Notes: generated by a model from the sequence alone, not told the origin. A stretch of DNA of 64,000 nucleotides from Octopus vulgaris (GCA_951406725.2 CATOCA020000001.1:6076001-6140000), one strand, 5' to 3'. Positions 27,351 through 42,960 are shown, counted from the stretch's first letter. Numbers and translations are program-made.

Positions 27351-27374
27351 TTCATGACTAATTATTATTATATA

Positions 27375-27815
27375 AGCCAGTGAATTGGTAGAATCGTTAG
27401 CATGCTGGGCGAAATATTTAGCAGTATTTTACCTGTGCTTTGTCCTGAGTTCAAATTTCACCAAGGTTGACTTTCATCCTTTCAGGGTTGATAAACTAAG
27501 TACCAGTCAAGAACTGGGGTCGATGTAATTGACTATCTCTTTCCCTACAAATTCCAGGCTTTGTGCCTATAGTAGAAAGGATCATCATCATCATCATCAT
27601 CATAATCATTATTATTATTGCCTAGCAGTATTTTGTCTGCCGTTACGTTCTGAGTTCAAATTCTGCCGAGGCTGACTTTGCCTTTCATCCTTCAGGGTCG
27701 ATTAAATATGTACCAGTTAATCACTGGGGTCGATGTAATCGACTTAATCCATTTGTCTGTCCTTGTTTGTCTCCTCAATGTTTAGCCCCCTGTGGGCAAT
27801 AAAGAAATAAATTCT
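27375..27815 (+). mobile_element. Two family B SINE copies
   Basis: Cores at about 27445 and 27650. Confidence 0.8.
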
Positions 27816-27817
27816 TC

Positions 27818-28645
<828 letters not shown>

Positions 28646-29199
28646 GAGTGAGAGAGCAGTTCATGCCATCAAAGTGACACTGGGGTAAAATATACGAAGC
28701 CCAATATACCCATCATGACTACCCGTCTGATAAAGGTACACCAGGCACATGCATCACAACCATACGTGCGTGACATGGTGATCTCATATCAAGATAAACA
28801 GCACATGACCTTGCAGGTGGGGCCCAGTTAGAATTTTCTTCAGGTTGAGTAGCCCATCCCGCTCAAACCATCCCTGAATAAGGGTTGTTTAAGGATGTTG
28901 AAAGAACCACCCATGTTTCCAGAGGTGAACTATTCAAACCCCAAATAATCCCTCTCAACACATGGCTATGATGCTCCCCCACTACTTCTGCTCGTGATCA
29001 GAGATGCACATATCGTCAGCCACTAAGGGACATGCTCAACTGGTTAAGGTCAAACAACTGACAAGCAAATCTGTGATATTGAGCAGAATATTTGCTGTAG
29101 CCCATCTTTTATACCAAGACAAAACAATGTACATGATAACACTTCCAATCAGTTAAGATCAGAAGCCATGAGAGCCACTGCCTGGTACTGCATCAGGGC

Positions 29200-29200
<1 letters not shown>
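28646..29200. mobile_element. Unclassified ~555-bp non-coding element embedded in (ATT)n
   Basis: Complex, GC-richer sequence with sharp borders and (ATT)n on both sides; no ORF or TIR seen. Confidence 0.55.
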
Positions 29201-29245
<45 letters not shown>

Positions 29246-29710
29246 ATAAGGCAACATACTGGCAGAATCTTTGGCATGTCAGGCAAAATGCTTTGTAGTA
29301 ATTTATCTGTCTTTACATACAGAGTTCAAATTCTGCTATGGTCAGCTGCCTTTCATCCTTTCAGGGTTGATAAATTAAGTACCAGTGGAACGCTGGGGGT
29401 CGATGCAATCAACTACTCCCCTCCCACCAAATTTCAGGTTTTTGTGCCTTCAGTAGAATGGATTATTCTTATTATTATTCTTAAACAAGAATATTATTGA
29501 CAGTGACTTTGAAGTTTTAGCCTGTGAAGCCATGGTTGGACAGTCCAACAATAGCTTTAACTGGCTGAAACTTCAAAATCGCCATCAATAATATTCTTAT
29601 TTAAGAATAATAAATTTGTTCTCTACAAGAGTATAGAGTAATCCATCAGATTAACGTGTAATTGTTTTTATTATAAGTGAGCATAAAAACAAACATTAAC
29701 ACATGCACGT

Positions 29711-29742
<32 letters not shown>

Positions 29743-30069
29743 CTGTATGTGTGTATATCTCTCTTACTTGAAAATTAGGCAAGGGTTAGTGAGAGGAAGG
29801 GCATCCAACTGTACAACTCTGCCAACAATATATTTATTTAATCCATGCTAACTTTGGAAAACAGACTTAAAAAGTAAATATAAAGAAATGATAATATATG
29901 TGTGTGTGTGGATGTATGTGTGTGAGATTTTCTTTTGATTCACCTATATGCAACAAATATATGAAAGTTATAAGAAATCTAGTGCAAAAGTGGGAAAAAT
30001 TGTTTTTATTGATTAACATAGGCCATCCAAAGTACACATGTTAGTGAATAATGCTTTATTAGAGTGAAT

Positions 30070-30660
30070 AATACTTTATGCAAAAGTACGATTCAGCACA
30101 GTCTCCATTGCATGTGATACATCTGCTCTATTGCTGAACCCGACACTCAGATCATCTTTGAAAAGATTCAGGTGTGCGCTGTTGGTGTCACTTTGGTACA
30201 GCCACTTTCATCTCATCAATATCATCAATGGACCAAAGAGGTGGAAGTCAGAGGGCCAGATCCAGTCAGTACGGTGGATGGCGATCACTGATCAGCCTAA
30301 TTGGCTGATTACTTGATTTGTTGCTAAAGATTTGTGCAGTTGTGCATTGTCATAATAAACTTGAGTCATTTGTTATTGTTCAGCCTCTTCTTGTTCAGAT
30401 TCTTGGTCAGCCTCTTCCTCTTAATGGCTTCTCTAAGCCTTTTGAGTGTCTCGATGTTCTCTGTTCACACTTCAGGCACATTCCAGAAAATCAAGGAGAC
30501 CGATGCCCTTGTCATTCCAGAAAACAGCCACCAGGTTTTTCTGTGTCGATAACTAGCTCTTAAACTTCTTAGCTCTTGGAGAAGAAATGCAACACCATTC
30601 CAAGGGCTGAGCTTTCTTTTCTGGATCGCAAAGATACACCCATTGAATGCACACAAGATG
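30070..30660 (-). mobile_element. mariner-family transposase relic
   Basis: Fragments KNLVAVFWNDKGI, (P)DLA(P)SDFHLFGPL and NGDCAE (cf. KVMATVFWD, YSPDLAPSDFHLF, NGDYVE). Confidence 0.75.
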
Positions 30661-30999
30661 CCAAGTAATGATTTTAAATCAGGTGACAAATTCAATCTAT
30701 AATGTAAGCAGGCCTTATGAAGGTTCCATTCCAGAATGCAAAGAACCAGAATAAATACAGTAAGGCATTTGGCCCCAAATTCTTACTTTTCTCTCAATTC
30801 ATCACTCAAGCCTGGTATTCAAGCTTGGTGCTTCTTATCAACCTTGAAAATATGAAAGGCTAAGATGACTTCAGCAGGATTTGAACTCAGAGCAGAGAGA
30901 GAGAGAGATAGAAGTATTTTTTTTAGTAGGGTTCATGTTGCTATTGTTGATGTTTCACCCAGGTTAACCATGGTTCAACAGCTCTATAATTAGAAGTTG

Positions 31000-31225
31000 G
31001 GGAGGTACATGGCTTAGTGGTTAGGGTGTTGGACACATGATCGTAAGATTGTGGTTTTGAATCCTGGACCGGGTGATGCATTATGTTCTTGAGCAAAACC
31101 CTTTATTCCATGCTGCTCCTGTCCACTCAACTAGTAAAAATGAATCATCCTACAATGGAGCATCACCCCATTCAAGGAGGAATATATGCCGCAGAGAAAC
31201 CAGAAATCTGGCCTTATGCTTCTTA
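31000..31225 (+). mobile_element. Diverged tRNA-SINE; similar copy at about 46881-47095
   Basis: ggaggtacatggcttagtggttagggtg...ggttttgaatcctggacc...gttcttgagcaaaac. Confidence 0.7.
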
Positions 31226-32015
31226 CAGAGTAATGTACGCTAACCAGGATTAGCAGTGACCCAACTGTAACTGCCCATCTTTATGGAGTTATGTATAAGA
31301 GTACATTATCCAGCGTACTCTTTTCTTTTTTCAAAAAGTAGGATGTGATTTAAGGGACGTTTTGCTGTTGTTTCAGGCTGATTTAGTGACCACATAGAAG
31401 CTTTCTCATTGGCTCAAGTTTCCTCATTGGCTTCTTGATATCACTGTGGTTGTTATTTAGCCTAAGGTTAACTCTGATCAAACAGACCTATTATCACTGC
31501 CATTCCAACCATGACATCCTGTGCTTTTTAGTTTCTATTGCCACACTGTCTAACGTATGCCTTTCTCTTTGGAGTGTGATCTGAAGAAGATTTGGTTACT
31601 TTTTCTAGCCGGATGTTCAGGCTATATAGCAGCTCCTTCATTGACTTGTGTTGCTAATGGTTGTTGTTGTTGTTGTTCATGATAATGTTGTGGTTATTGT
31701 TGCTAGAAGTCTTCTTGTTGTTGTTGTTGTTGAGGTTACTGGCTGGTCTCCTTGGACTTCTACTGATTTTCACAATACTCTCCAGAATCTAGTTTATCAC
31801 CGTTGCTGCTGCTGCTGCTGCTACTCCTGTTGCTGTTGCCTCTGTTACTGCTATTATTGACGTTGTTGCTGCTGTTGTTGTTATTATTGCTGATGCTGTT
31901 GCTACTGCTATTATTGATGCTTCTGTTTATGTCTCTGCTTTTACTGCTGCATTGTTACTATTAGAACTGCTACTAGTGCTGCTGCTGCTGATGATGATGA
32001 TGCTGATGCTGATGC

Positions 32016-32046
<31 letters not shown>

Positions 32047-32363
32047 ATTAGTACTGCTACTACTGCCAGTGCTGTTACTATCTTATCTCACACTGCTCCC
32101 ATCCGTAGAAGTCTCCTTCACTTTCCCTTCTCCCCCTTTAAACCTTCTCCCTCATTACTTTCTTAGCTTCACCTCTCGTTCACTGCATATTACTAGATCC
32201 CAGTCTCCCTCTCTCTTCCCCCATTTATGTTTCCATCTTTCTTTTCCTTCCTCTTTGTCTCATAATCTACGGCTCTTCCTTCATCCATCACCCCTTCTCA
32301 CTTTCCTCTTTCTTTTCTCATTTTCTACTTCCTCTTTGCCCCTTTCTATCATTCTCTTTCTTC

Positions 32364-32501
<138 letters not shown>

Positions 32502-32526
32502 GTCTGTCTGTCTGTCTGTCTGTCTT

Positions 32527-32617
<91 letters not shown>

Positions 32618-32639
32618 GTCTATCTATCTATCCATCTAC

Positions 32640-35600
32640 GGACGTGCTGTCACTTCGGCTCCGAAGGTAATCGTTTATTTTGACTATTTATAGCCCATAT
32701 TTTGTGTACATTTTTGTAAATAAGGTGTGTAAGGCACCCAACTTTCGTTTGATTGCTTTTCCAAGGGGGAATTTGCCCCTAGGGGCAGTTTCAACCCTAT
32801 TTAATTTGTGTAATTTTCTTCTCGACATTAAAAAATGTCGAGAAATTTTATTGTAGAACGCTGGTCGCGTTCTTTTATGGACCAGCATTTTCCTAGTCTG
32901 GAAACGCTAGGAGAAAAATAGAACTCATGCACGCAAAGTACAAACCTGAATGACGTGGTAGTGAACGCTGCAACCACTTGCGGTAACAGCCCTGTCACCA
33001 CCACCACCACCACCACCACTAACAACAACAACAACGAGACTACTACTGCTACCACCACCACCTCCACCACAACCACCACTACCACCACGACCAACATAAA
33101 TGATAAAAATGAAACTCACGCGAATACTATTAAGAAAAACAACAGCAACAAGAACAACAATAAAAATGAACTATCTAATAGTGAAGATGTTAATATAAAA
33201 AAATCAACAACACCAGTAAATTTCGCAAACACTCTGCGTCAGAAGAAGGAAATAGTAACATTTACAAATGAAGAGCTAATAGAAACGAGAGCTCTCTTTA
33301 CAACCCGTGGGCAAGATTTAGTGCTGCATACACCTCAACACATAAAGGAACAAATAGAAAATAAGACAATTATATATAAAATTATAAGAAAAAACAAAAA
33401 AACAAAATGAACAGATTACAAAAACGGATATAGAAAAATGTTTAAAAAGCATAATGAAAAAAAAAAGAATATATAAACTGGGGTCCCCAGTTTAACACAG
33501 TTGTGGTCCGCTTCCCTAACTAGGAAATGGCAAAACCTCACTCTACCGAGTCTTTGGAAAATGATGATATCAAAATGGTACCTTATTTCAAAGGCCAGAG
33601 AGTGAGTAGAATTACTATTAAAAATGTACCCCCCGAGATCCCGAACAAATGGATAACAGGGGCAATCTGGTACCATTTGAAAAAGATCAATATTTTAGAA
33701 ACAGCCGTGTACCTAAACGACAATTGGGGTGGAAAAACAGTAGTAGTGACCATCCAGATTGAGGGGGCCTCTATCGAGAGCCTACCCGATAGGATCCACC
33801 TAGAAAATGGGCAAAGCCTATATATTGTGGCAGAAGGCAAGAAGCCTAGATGCTACAACTGTGGCAGCCCAGAGCATTTAATTGCCAAGTGCGCTCTCGC
33901 ACAGAAAAAACAAGAAAGAACAAATCAGAAAACAAATAAAAAACCCTTGTTGCCAACACCAACACCAACACACTCAATTATGGAACAATGCCAAGAAGAA
34001 AAACAACAAACCAGCAAACAAACCCCAACAACATCACCAAGAAAAGAAACAGTACCAACAAAATCACCGTTGACGACGCAACCAATTTATCATGCTGAAC
34101 CAAAAGATAGACCCACACCAACACCCAGGACGACAATTAAAAAGACAGAAATCAGTGACGAGAAGACAAATTCTACCCCTAACACCATAACAACACAAAC
34201 ACCGCACAAAACATCAACAATTTCCACAAGCATACATATTAACACAAATGCTTTGCCTTTACCCTCTTCTGATACGTCGGACGACGAAAGTTCGACGGAA
34301 TGGCAAATAGCCACAGGGGTAAAAGGAAAAATCAAAAAAAGCCCACCAAACAAGGAAGTAAAGCAGGGAGATATTTAACTCCGGACAGCATCCCCCTGGA
34401 CAATCAAAAAATCAATGAACCCGCAAAACCACACACACAACTAACTGCAATAGACACGGACAATAAAAAATTAATGGACTACATCAAATCTAACATGGTC
34501 GTCTGTGAAGATGACTTTAAGACAAACAATCATCCGCGCACCACACCACCGAAGCACATAAAAATTGTACACATAACACAAACACAACACCATACACTGA
34601 AAACAATATTTCCAAATGCGGTAGGCGGGTTTCAACGTTACCTCTCCAAAAAACTATACAAACACCTCATCAAAGACACTACAAAAGAAGAAGAAAAAAA
34701 TGAAACTTTCGAAATGAGTAAGTGACCTTCCCTCTTGCCTCTTGTTTCTTCCAATGTTTGTGTGTGAAACACAATTTTCGTAAACGTCAATTATGCTTAA
34801 ATTAGGTTGTGTGAATGCGCGTGGCTCGGCGTCGGCTTGGAAGCAAGGTTACCTTCTAAACGACATCATGTCACTGAACGTGGATATAGTAGCTATCAGT
34901 GAAACCAGACTCAGCAAGTCGCGGGCCCTCGCGTCCATGTTTGGCGATCAATTTGACATTTATTTTTCTCCCTGTCTGCCGAACATGGGTGGTGGAGGTA
35001 TCGCGGTGCTTTTTCTAAAGAGTCTAAATGTAAAAGTAAGAGCAATATTCCTAGACCCGGAGGGTAGGCTGGTTGTCTTGGACGTGGATGGCAGAAATGG
35101 GTGTGCATTCCGTCTGATGGCAGTTTATGCACCGTCCTTAACGGGTCGGGCGGATTTCTTCAGACGTCTAGAGGTTTTCCTGGGTACGTCTAGACCTTTA
35201 CTGTGAGTAGGGGATTGGAACGCTACCTTGGACACGCATCTAGATTATGTGGGAACGGATAGGAATAGAAGGGGGTGTAAGAGCCTCAAAGACCTACTCA
35301 GACGTTTCCATTTGTCTGACAGGTTCCGACTCGACAATCCGAACGTACCAACGTGGACTTGGACAAACCGCGTCGGATCGTCGAGATCTTATCTAGATAG
35401 AATTCTATGCAGGACAGCGGATAGGGATAGCGTAGGATGTCCACAATTTAAAATTGTCAGCTACACAGATCACAAATTTGTGACGTGTACGCTCGACTTA
35501 GATAAGACACATAGACAGGGTCCCGGTTACTGGAAACTGAACACGTCGCTCTTAGCGCGACAGGTTTACAGGAACCGGATTAGCGAGTTAATTAAGAGGG

Positions 35601-37095
35601 CGCTGACGGGAGCCGTCGTTAACAATCGCTGGTGGTTCGCCCTGAAAATGGCAATGAAATCGGAATCAATTAGGTTTAGCAAGGAATTAGCGATAGATCG
35701 AAACAGAGTAGAGGGAGACCTGGTTAAGAAACTAGAAGAGGCACTTACCACTGGCAGCGCAACCAACGTGTTGGCTGCGAGGATGGCCCTCGACCAACAC
35801 CTCAACGCCAAGCACGAAGGTTGCGTCGTCAGAGCTAAAATGCGTGCCTTAAGGAACGAAGGGATCGAAGCTGCGCGAGAGGCCCGGGTAGCGGAGGCGC
35901 AGCGTGGCAACAGAGCCACCATTCGGTCTCTAATAGATCAACAGGGATGCAGTTTACTCGAACCCGAAAGGATGTGAGGCCTTTCAGCAGCACTTTGCTC
36001 GACTGTTTGGTGCGAGTGGTGGGTCGGAACGCGGGATGGATTTCAGTGCCTACCTGACCGACCCGCCGCGGCTCTCGGCAAGAGAAGCGAAGTGTTGTGA
36101 AAGTCCCATCACAGCCGCTGACGTGCGGGATGCGATGGCGGGCTGCGCGAGGGATAAGTCGCTTGGATTGGATGGTATACCCTACGAGCTGTATAGTCAA
36201 ATGCCAGACTTGTTTGACGACCTCTTGGCATCAGTCTGCTGCAACTGGCAACAAAACGGGAGAATTCCCGGTTTCGTGAGCCGAGGTGCAGTGACGTTGC
36301 TGAAGAAAGACCCAAACAAGGGGAATTTTATAGATAATTTCAGGCCCATCACTCTGCTCAACGCAGATTTGAAAATTTTGGCCAAAGTAATAGCCGAGAG
36401 GTTGGCGCTTGTCATTGGTAAACTGGTCGACAGGGCGCAAACATGCGCCGTGCCGGGCAGAACCATACATGACAACCTCCATCTGATGCGCTACATTTTG
36501 GACAGGGTAGTTAAGGATCCTGGCATAGGTGGGGCGCTGATAAATTTGGATCAGTCTAAAGCATTCGATAGGGTCGACCATCGGTACTTGGCGGCCGTCC
36601 TCAGGGCGGCTGGCTTCGGTCCCGTCTTCCGCGGTTGGATCGCTGCCTTGTATAGCGGCATCCGATCGGTGATTCGGGTGAACGGTCACCTGTCGAAACC
36701 GTTTGACATCACGCGTTCGGTCCGTCAGGGGTGTCCCCTGTCGGCGCTTCTGTATGTATTGACTCTCGAGCCGCTACTGCGAAAGCTGGCGACACCGAGG
36801 GGCATCCCACGGGAACTGGGTTGCGGGACGAGCGTGTCGGCATATGCGGACGATGTCACCGTCATAGTGTCGAGCGACAAACACATCCGGATGATAGGCG
36901 AGACACTAAGAAAATACGAAACGGTGAGGGGAGCGAAGATTAACCCGGAAAAGTCAGTGGGTTTGCTACTCGGCACCTGGAGAAGCAAACCCATGCCGTC
37001 CGACTGCGGCTCAGTAGTGGGACGCTGGACGGACGGACCGGTTAAATTGCTCGGGGTCTGGTTCAGTCCGGACCTCCAAATGGATAAGAACGACA
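32640..37095 (+). mobile_element. Tx1/L1-clade LINE, near full length, 3' truncated, disrupted
   Basis: ORF1 (about 32955-34725, frameshifted) has a CCHC knuckle CYNCGSPEHLIAKC. ORF2 from 34793 has APE motifs (CVNARG, ISETR, VYAP, GDWN, SYLDRI, TDH), GPGYWKLN, and RT motifs (GLDG.PYE.Y, NFRPITLLNADLKILAK, LDQSKAFDRV, VRQGCPLS, YADD). Stop at about 35204 and frameshift at about 35975. Confidence 0.95.
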
Positions 37096-37096
37096 A

Positions 37097-37545
37097 GTGT
37101 ATGTGACTAACGAATGGAGACTGTTTAAAGACTCGAGTAAGGTTAGCCTCGAAGCTGTGTTGTTACATAATGGTAATGAAAAACCTTCCATTCCTGTGGG
37201 TCATGCTATCGGTATGGAAGAAACTTATGAATCGATGGAACTCATTCTGAAAGGAGTTAATTACTCAGTTCATAAGTGAAATATTTCTGGTGATTTAAAG
37301 ATGATTTACCTCATCCTAGGACTGCAGCTGGAATACATCAAAAATATGCACTTCTTGTGTGTTTGGAATAGTCGTGATGACAGCAACCATTACACTGTAA
37401 AAGACTGCTCTAAAAGAGATCAGCGCATAATTGGTCGCTACAATGTGCAGCATGTGCCGCTGGTAAACCCAGAAAAAAATCTTCCATCCACCCCTTCACA
37501 TCAAACTCGCCTTCATGAAAAACTTTGTAAAAGCAACGACACACG
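37097..37545 (+). mobile_element. DNA transposase fragment, Chapaev3 (CMC)-like
   Basis: EWRLFKDSSKVSLEAVLLHNGNEKPSIPVGHA...ETYE, SGDLK...LGLQ..Y.K...FLCVWNSR, PPLHIKL..MKNFVKA. Family assignment is from memory. Confidence 0.7.
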
Positions 37546-37690
37546 ATGTAACTTAGCGGTTCGGCAAAAGACACCGATAGAATAAGTACTAGGCTTACAA
37601 AGAATAAGTTCCGGGGTCGATTTGCTCGACTAAAGGTGGTGCTCTAGCATGGCCGCCGTAAAATGACTGAAAAAAGAGATTAAAAGAGCA
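37545..37690 (+). mobile_element. Family A SINE 3' half
   Basis: gtaacttagcggttcggcaaaagacaccgatagaataagtac...gcatggccgc. Confidence 0.85.
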
Positions 37691-38231
37691 AATAGCGACT
37701 AAAGTGTATTTTCTTTTAACTACCTTATTAAGGGAGATAACTAAAAAATAACATCTTAGAGTTACTTCCCTTCGTCATATAAAACCGACGTGAGAGTTTC
37801 AAATTGAAATATGTTCGTTTTTCGCTTGCGAAGGGGACACGAGCATTGGCGCACCAACAGACACACATACGCATGCAAGCTTCCTGCTGATACCTTTAAC
37901 AATTAAACATCATCTAGCTTATAATTTACATTTAATTACACGCCACAACTATATAAAGTAATAACAATATCTAGTACAACCCTTTGCATTTGATCAGGTT
38001 ATTATTTTGTTTCAGATATGCGTGTGTGAGTATATACACCTATAAATGTATGTATGTATGTATGTATGTATGTATGTATGTATGTATGTATGTATGTATG
38101 TATGTATGTATGTATGTATGTATGTATATATATATAAAGATATATATAGACATTTATAAAGGTATATATAAAGATAGATAGATAGATATATAGATAGATA
38201 AATAGATAGATAGATATATAGATATATAGAT

Positions 38232-38290
<59 letters not shown>

Positions 38291-38291
38291 T

Positions 38292-38763
38292 TTACTTGTT
38301 TCAGTCATTCGACTGCGGCCATGCTGGAGCACCAGCTTTAGTCGAGCAAATCGACCCCGGGACTTATTCTTTGTAAGCCCAGTACTTATTCTATCGGTCT
38401 CTTTTGCCGAACCGCTAAGTGATGGGGACGTAAACACACCAGCATCGGTTGTCAAGCAATGCTAGGAGGACAAACACAGACACACAAACACACACATACA
38501 TATATATATATATGTACATGTATACGATAGGCTTCTTTCAGTTTCCGTCTACCAAATCCACTCATAAGGCTTTGGTCGGCCCGGGGCTATAGCAGAAGAC
38601 ACTTGCCCAAGATGCCACGCAGTGGGACTGAACTCGGAACCATGTGGTTGGTTAGCAAGCCACACTGCCACTCCAGCGACTATGTTTATATATTTATTGC
38701 CTAAACTGGCAAAATGACCATTCCGAATTATAACCATGTATATATATATGTATACATATATAG

Positions 38764-38804
<41 letters not shown>

Positions 38805-39054
38805 ATCTATATATATTGTATACTCTTTTACATGTTTCAGTCATTTGACTGTGGCCATGCTGGAGCACCGACTTTTGTCCAGTAGATCGACCCGAGGACC
38901 TATTATTTGTAAACCTAGTACTTATTCTATCGGTCTCCTATACCGAACCGCTAAGTTATGGGGACGTAAACACACCAGCATCGGTTGTGAAACTATGTTG
39001 GGCGGACAAACACAGAAACATACACATACACACACACATACATACATACATACA

Positions 39055-39101
<47 letters not shown>

Positions 39102-39270
39102 TCATATATACGACAGGCTTCCTTCTGTTTCCGTGTACAAAGTCCACTGACAAAGCTTTGGTCGGTCCGTAGGCTATGGTAGAAGACATTTGCCCATGGT
39201 GCCACGTAGTGGGATTGAACCCGGAACCATGTGGTTGGTAAGCGAGCTACTTCCCACACAGACACTCCTG
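38292..39270 (-). mobile_element. Two family A SINEs (38292-38680, 38822-39270)
   Basis: Reverse-complement matches to 25669-26078. Confidence 0.9.
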
Positions 39271-39570
39271 TTTATTAACCTGACAACAAGTTGAAGGTGA
39301 GCTCTGACTGGTTGTATGCAAATTAGTTCATTAATGGGATCCGGAACTCTCGTGGGAGAAAAAAAATTTCGTGGCTGGGTCAAATGAGACGATGCGACCA
39401 CCTTGGGTATGGGTGGACTGTGCTCACACACGCACAAACACCCACCCGATCGCACACCCACACATATAGATACATGCAAAGACGCACACTCGTAGATATT
39501 TATGCTTTAAAAATGTTGACCTTAAAACCGTGACATTCTGAAGAAATTGTATGAGTGTGTGGGTCAGCCA

Positions 39571-39605
<35 letters not shown>

Positions 39606-41394
39606 TTCATTTCTGTTTCGCTGAATTTGTGAAAGCGGGACGGAGAAGTTGTTGACATCAATGACAATTTTCGTATATTGCTTCTTTTTTTTAAAATTTT
39701 TCAGTCATTAAATTGCGGCCATGCTGGGTTACCGCCTTGCAGGATTTTTAGTCGAACCAATTGAACTCATTAAAGTACATTTTTTCAGCCTGGTAAGTAT
39801 CCGCTCAGTATATATATATATATATATATATACACAGTCTTTAAATCGTAGTCTTCGTTTCTGCTGGGGGTTCTTTCCATAAAGAAGTTTAGCATATAGC
39901 ATCTGTTTAGGGATCCTCTGATCATTAATCTAAAGAAAATGTCCAGTCCATCATTATACTCTGTGCTTTTATAATTTGACAATTTCAACCTCTCTTCTCT
40001 GGGCAACAAATTTTCCTTTTGATGCTTTTAAAATATGAAAATTACTTTGACAGTCATTGACCAGAAAAGATGAAGATCTCAGTCAGTAAAGGAATTTGTC
40101 TGGGGTCATCAAAGTTTGAAGTTACTCTTTTTAGTTTTATAAAGTCACTAAAAGTCTTACGTTTTCTCAATTTATAGAAAACTAACACTTTTATAAATGA
40201 GTTTATTGCTACGCATTAAATGTTAAACTAAATTTTCTCCAGCTGGTCTATATAAACAGTAACCTACAGCTTTGGACAGCTTTATTATTTTGTTGTGTAT
40301 TTACATGGCATATAATGTGTGAATAGAATTTCTCCCCCAGTTATCCAAGCAAAAAATCAGAAACTTATGTTATCAATTTATTTAGAATAATTTTGTACAA
40401 AGTTTGATACAAAATAATTTTGTTGTGTCTGGGGAGAGTCATTCTCTTTTAGTGCCTTATTATTTAACACACTCACCGGTAAAATTTCGTTTTGCTTTAA
40501 TAGTAATTATCAATTTCTGAATAAAGTTTATTTTTATCTAATTTAAATATCTTGATTATTTAATTTAAAAACAATCAGGTTTGTTCACTTCTATCACAAA
40601 AGAATCCAATAAAAAGTGGAGAATACTTATGAGTCTTCCTTTCCAATTCCACAAAAGTCTGCTCGGTAGAGCTTCCTGTCACATCTTATAATGTACATAA
40701 AGGTCTCATGTGTTTTACTTATTTAATCTTGGTCTCTGCTGTAAGAACTTGAAATCTAATTTCAAATTAAAATAACGGTGGAGTAATATGAAGGTAAATA
40801 TTGTAGGGAAGAATTGTACTCTTCCTTTATCTGAAGTTACTTAAAAAGAGGGAGACACTGTGGCTTTTCCACAATCACATGCAATTAAAACAACAAATGT
40901 TGTGTCATTATTTTATTATCTCAGACTTTTTCAGCACAGCTATTGTTTAATTATAATTTTTTTTTTTATTTTCATATGTATAATAGTGAAGTTTTATTTT
41001 TACTGACGAAAATTTCAGTAATTAGTAAATAACGAAGGTCATAAAGTAAGAATATAAAATTAGAATATTGTATATTGAACTCAAAACCCCCTGAATTTTT
41101 ATTCAACCACCCCCACTTTCGAGAGTCCTGTCTTGAACCACAACAGGACAAAGTGAGATATATCCATAGATACATCATGTATCATATAGAAATACTATCT
41201 CTATAGGATATATAAAGGGAAAAGACATCAATATATATATACCAGGCATTCTACTCTCAGCTAAAACTGATGGTAGATAACTATCAATATAGCAGAAGAT
41301 ATTAAAGCTGTCTATATAACAATGGGGTTGTTTAGGGAGGGGATTAGATATACAACAACAGCAACAACAATAAATGAACATTTCAAAGTTTGTC

Positions 41395-41400
41395 TTTATT
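41395..41400 (-). promoter_or_regulatory. Candidate AATAAA polyadenylation signal of the ankyrin-RING-DD gene
   Basis: tttatt on + strand about 245 nt downstream of the TGA; the motif is common in AT-rich DNA. Confidence 0.3.
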
Positions 41401-41642
41401 TTAAATGTGAATTTTTAACAAAGGAGCCAAACCAGTGAAGGGATTACTATGTGGTTGATATACCTGCTAGAATTAGTAGCTAAATCCACACGATACCACT
41501 GTACAGAAGAGCATATTGGACAATGTGGTTGTGGGTTCTCTTTGGAAATAGGCATGATGGTCCTGGCTGGCATGCGTTTGATCATAAGTCACTGTTTGGT
41601 CAAGGTTAATCTGAGGCTAAACAACAACAGTTACACAGAAAT

Positions 41643-41842
41643 TCACTTTGCGTCTAATGACAGACATTCCATCGCAGTGACACATTCAGCTTCTTCAAGA
41701 GCTGCACTTAATGTTGCATGTGTCCGTGTTTCTGGGTCGCAATTCCTGAACCATTCGTAAAGCATCAGGTAGCCTTGTTTTACAGCGTCAATAGACTCAT
41801 CATCAATTTTCAGTTTAGTTGTATCAACTCCTAAAAAAATTG
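41643..41842 (-). CDS. Exon F (terminal coding exon): remainder of Death domain and stop
   Basis: Acceptor cttttgcag|CAATTT, phase 1. (A)IFLGVDTTKLKIDDESIDAVKQGYLMLYEWFRNCDPETRTHATLSAALEEAECVTAMECLSLDAK* has the Death domain 'LG......I.....Q...ML..W......T...L..AL' pattern. The six exons total 864 nt, in frame. Confidence 0.88.
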
Positions 41843-42199
41843 CTGCAAAAGACACAACAATAAGAAATAAATGCAACAACATCAACAATATTAACAATAA
41901 TATAAAAGATGTGTGTTGTTATAAACATAACAAAGAAACTATTTCAAGAGAGAAATATAAAAAAATAGCTAAGAAACAAGAAAAATATAAGATATTGTTT
42001 TCTATTTCTAGGGATGATGAGAAAAATAACAAAGTGGTTAAATTAAAGGTGATTTAAAAAAAAACATTAATTGAAGTTTACACTTGAGAATCTTTTAAGG
42101 TAAACCGATGGCAGATGTGTTTGTGAAGGCAAAAGTGTATGAGAACCTAAAGAATCAACATAGGGTACCAACAGGCAAACCATTTTATCCATTCATTTC

Positions 42200-42960
42200 C
42201 TCTGCTCAATATTTCTGGGAGAGTTGTAGGGATAGAGACCCCTGGCATTTCTTCCATAGGGGCCTATCAGATGTAACCATCATTACATATTTTGGTTGGA
42301 TTCCCAAGCATCAACAACTAAGTCTATGGATATCATCCAACTATTTAGTGCTTGGTCTACCCCTGGGTCTCCTACTCCATTGGTTTTGACTTTGAGAACC
42401 TGTCTTGTAATTCAATCCTGCGACATTCTGATCACATGTCCTAGGTACCAGAGATGTGAAGAAGTGGCTCAACCTGGAGAGACTCCCAGATCTCTGAACT
42501 ATACATCCTATTGGGTAACATTACTCCAGAGACCCTTCAGAGAAATCCCATATATCTGTCTTAATCTGGCAGATTTCAGATCTGATATTCAAAGGGTCAT
42601 GAAAGTAATGTCTCTCTGTGAAATCAATCACCTTGCAAAGTTCCCAAAATGACACTGAAAATCAAATGAATAATGATAGACCAACAGTCGATTATTCTCA
42701 GTCAAATCCAATCCTTTTTTAATCTACTCCAGATTCAATCAATTCTCCTTAACCCATTCAGTTATTCTTATGTCTCAGTGAGAGAGAGAGAGACCAGCCA
42801 AGATCTGGCTTCACTTGTGAATATTCATTTTCTGGCAAATTTCCTTAGAGTCATTCTCTCTTTTTGGATGTGGGGAATATGATATGATTTGGCTGTGTCA
42901 CCCCTATACTAAGTCTGTTTTTACTGAAGCATTTACAAACATATGTCATATGGTAAAGTC
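42200..42960 (-). mobile_element. Old RTE-clade LINE relic in last intron (paralogous copy at about 19450-19640 and 20380-20780)
   Basis: RRPRGRPSTK*LDDIHRL..LGI here and GRRPRGRPRMRWLDNI...LGI in the paralogous copy; RTE C-terminal motif. Confidence 0.65.
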
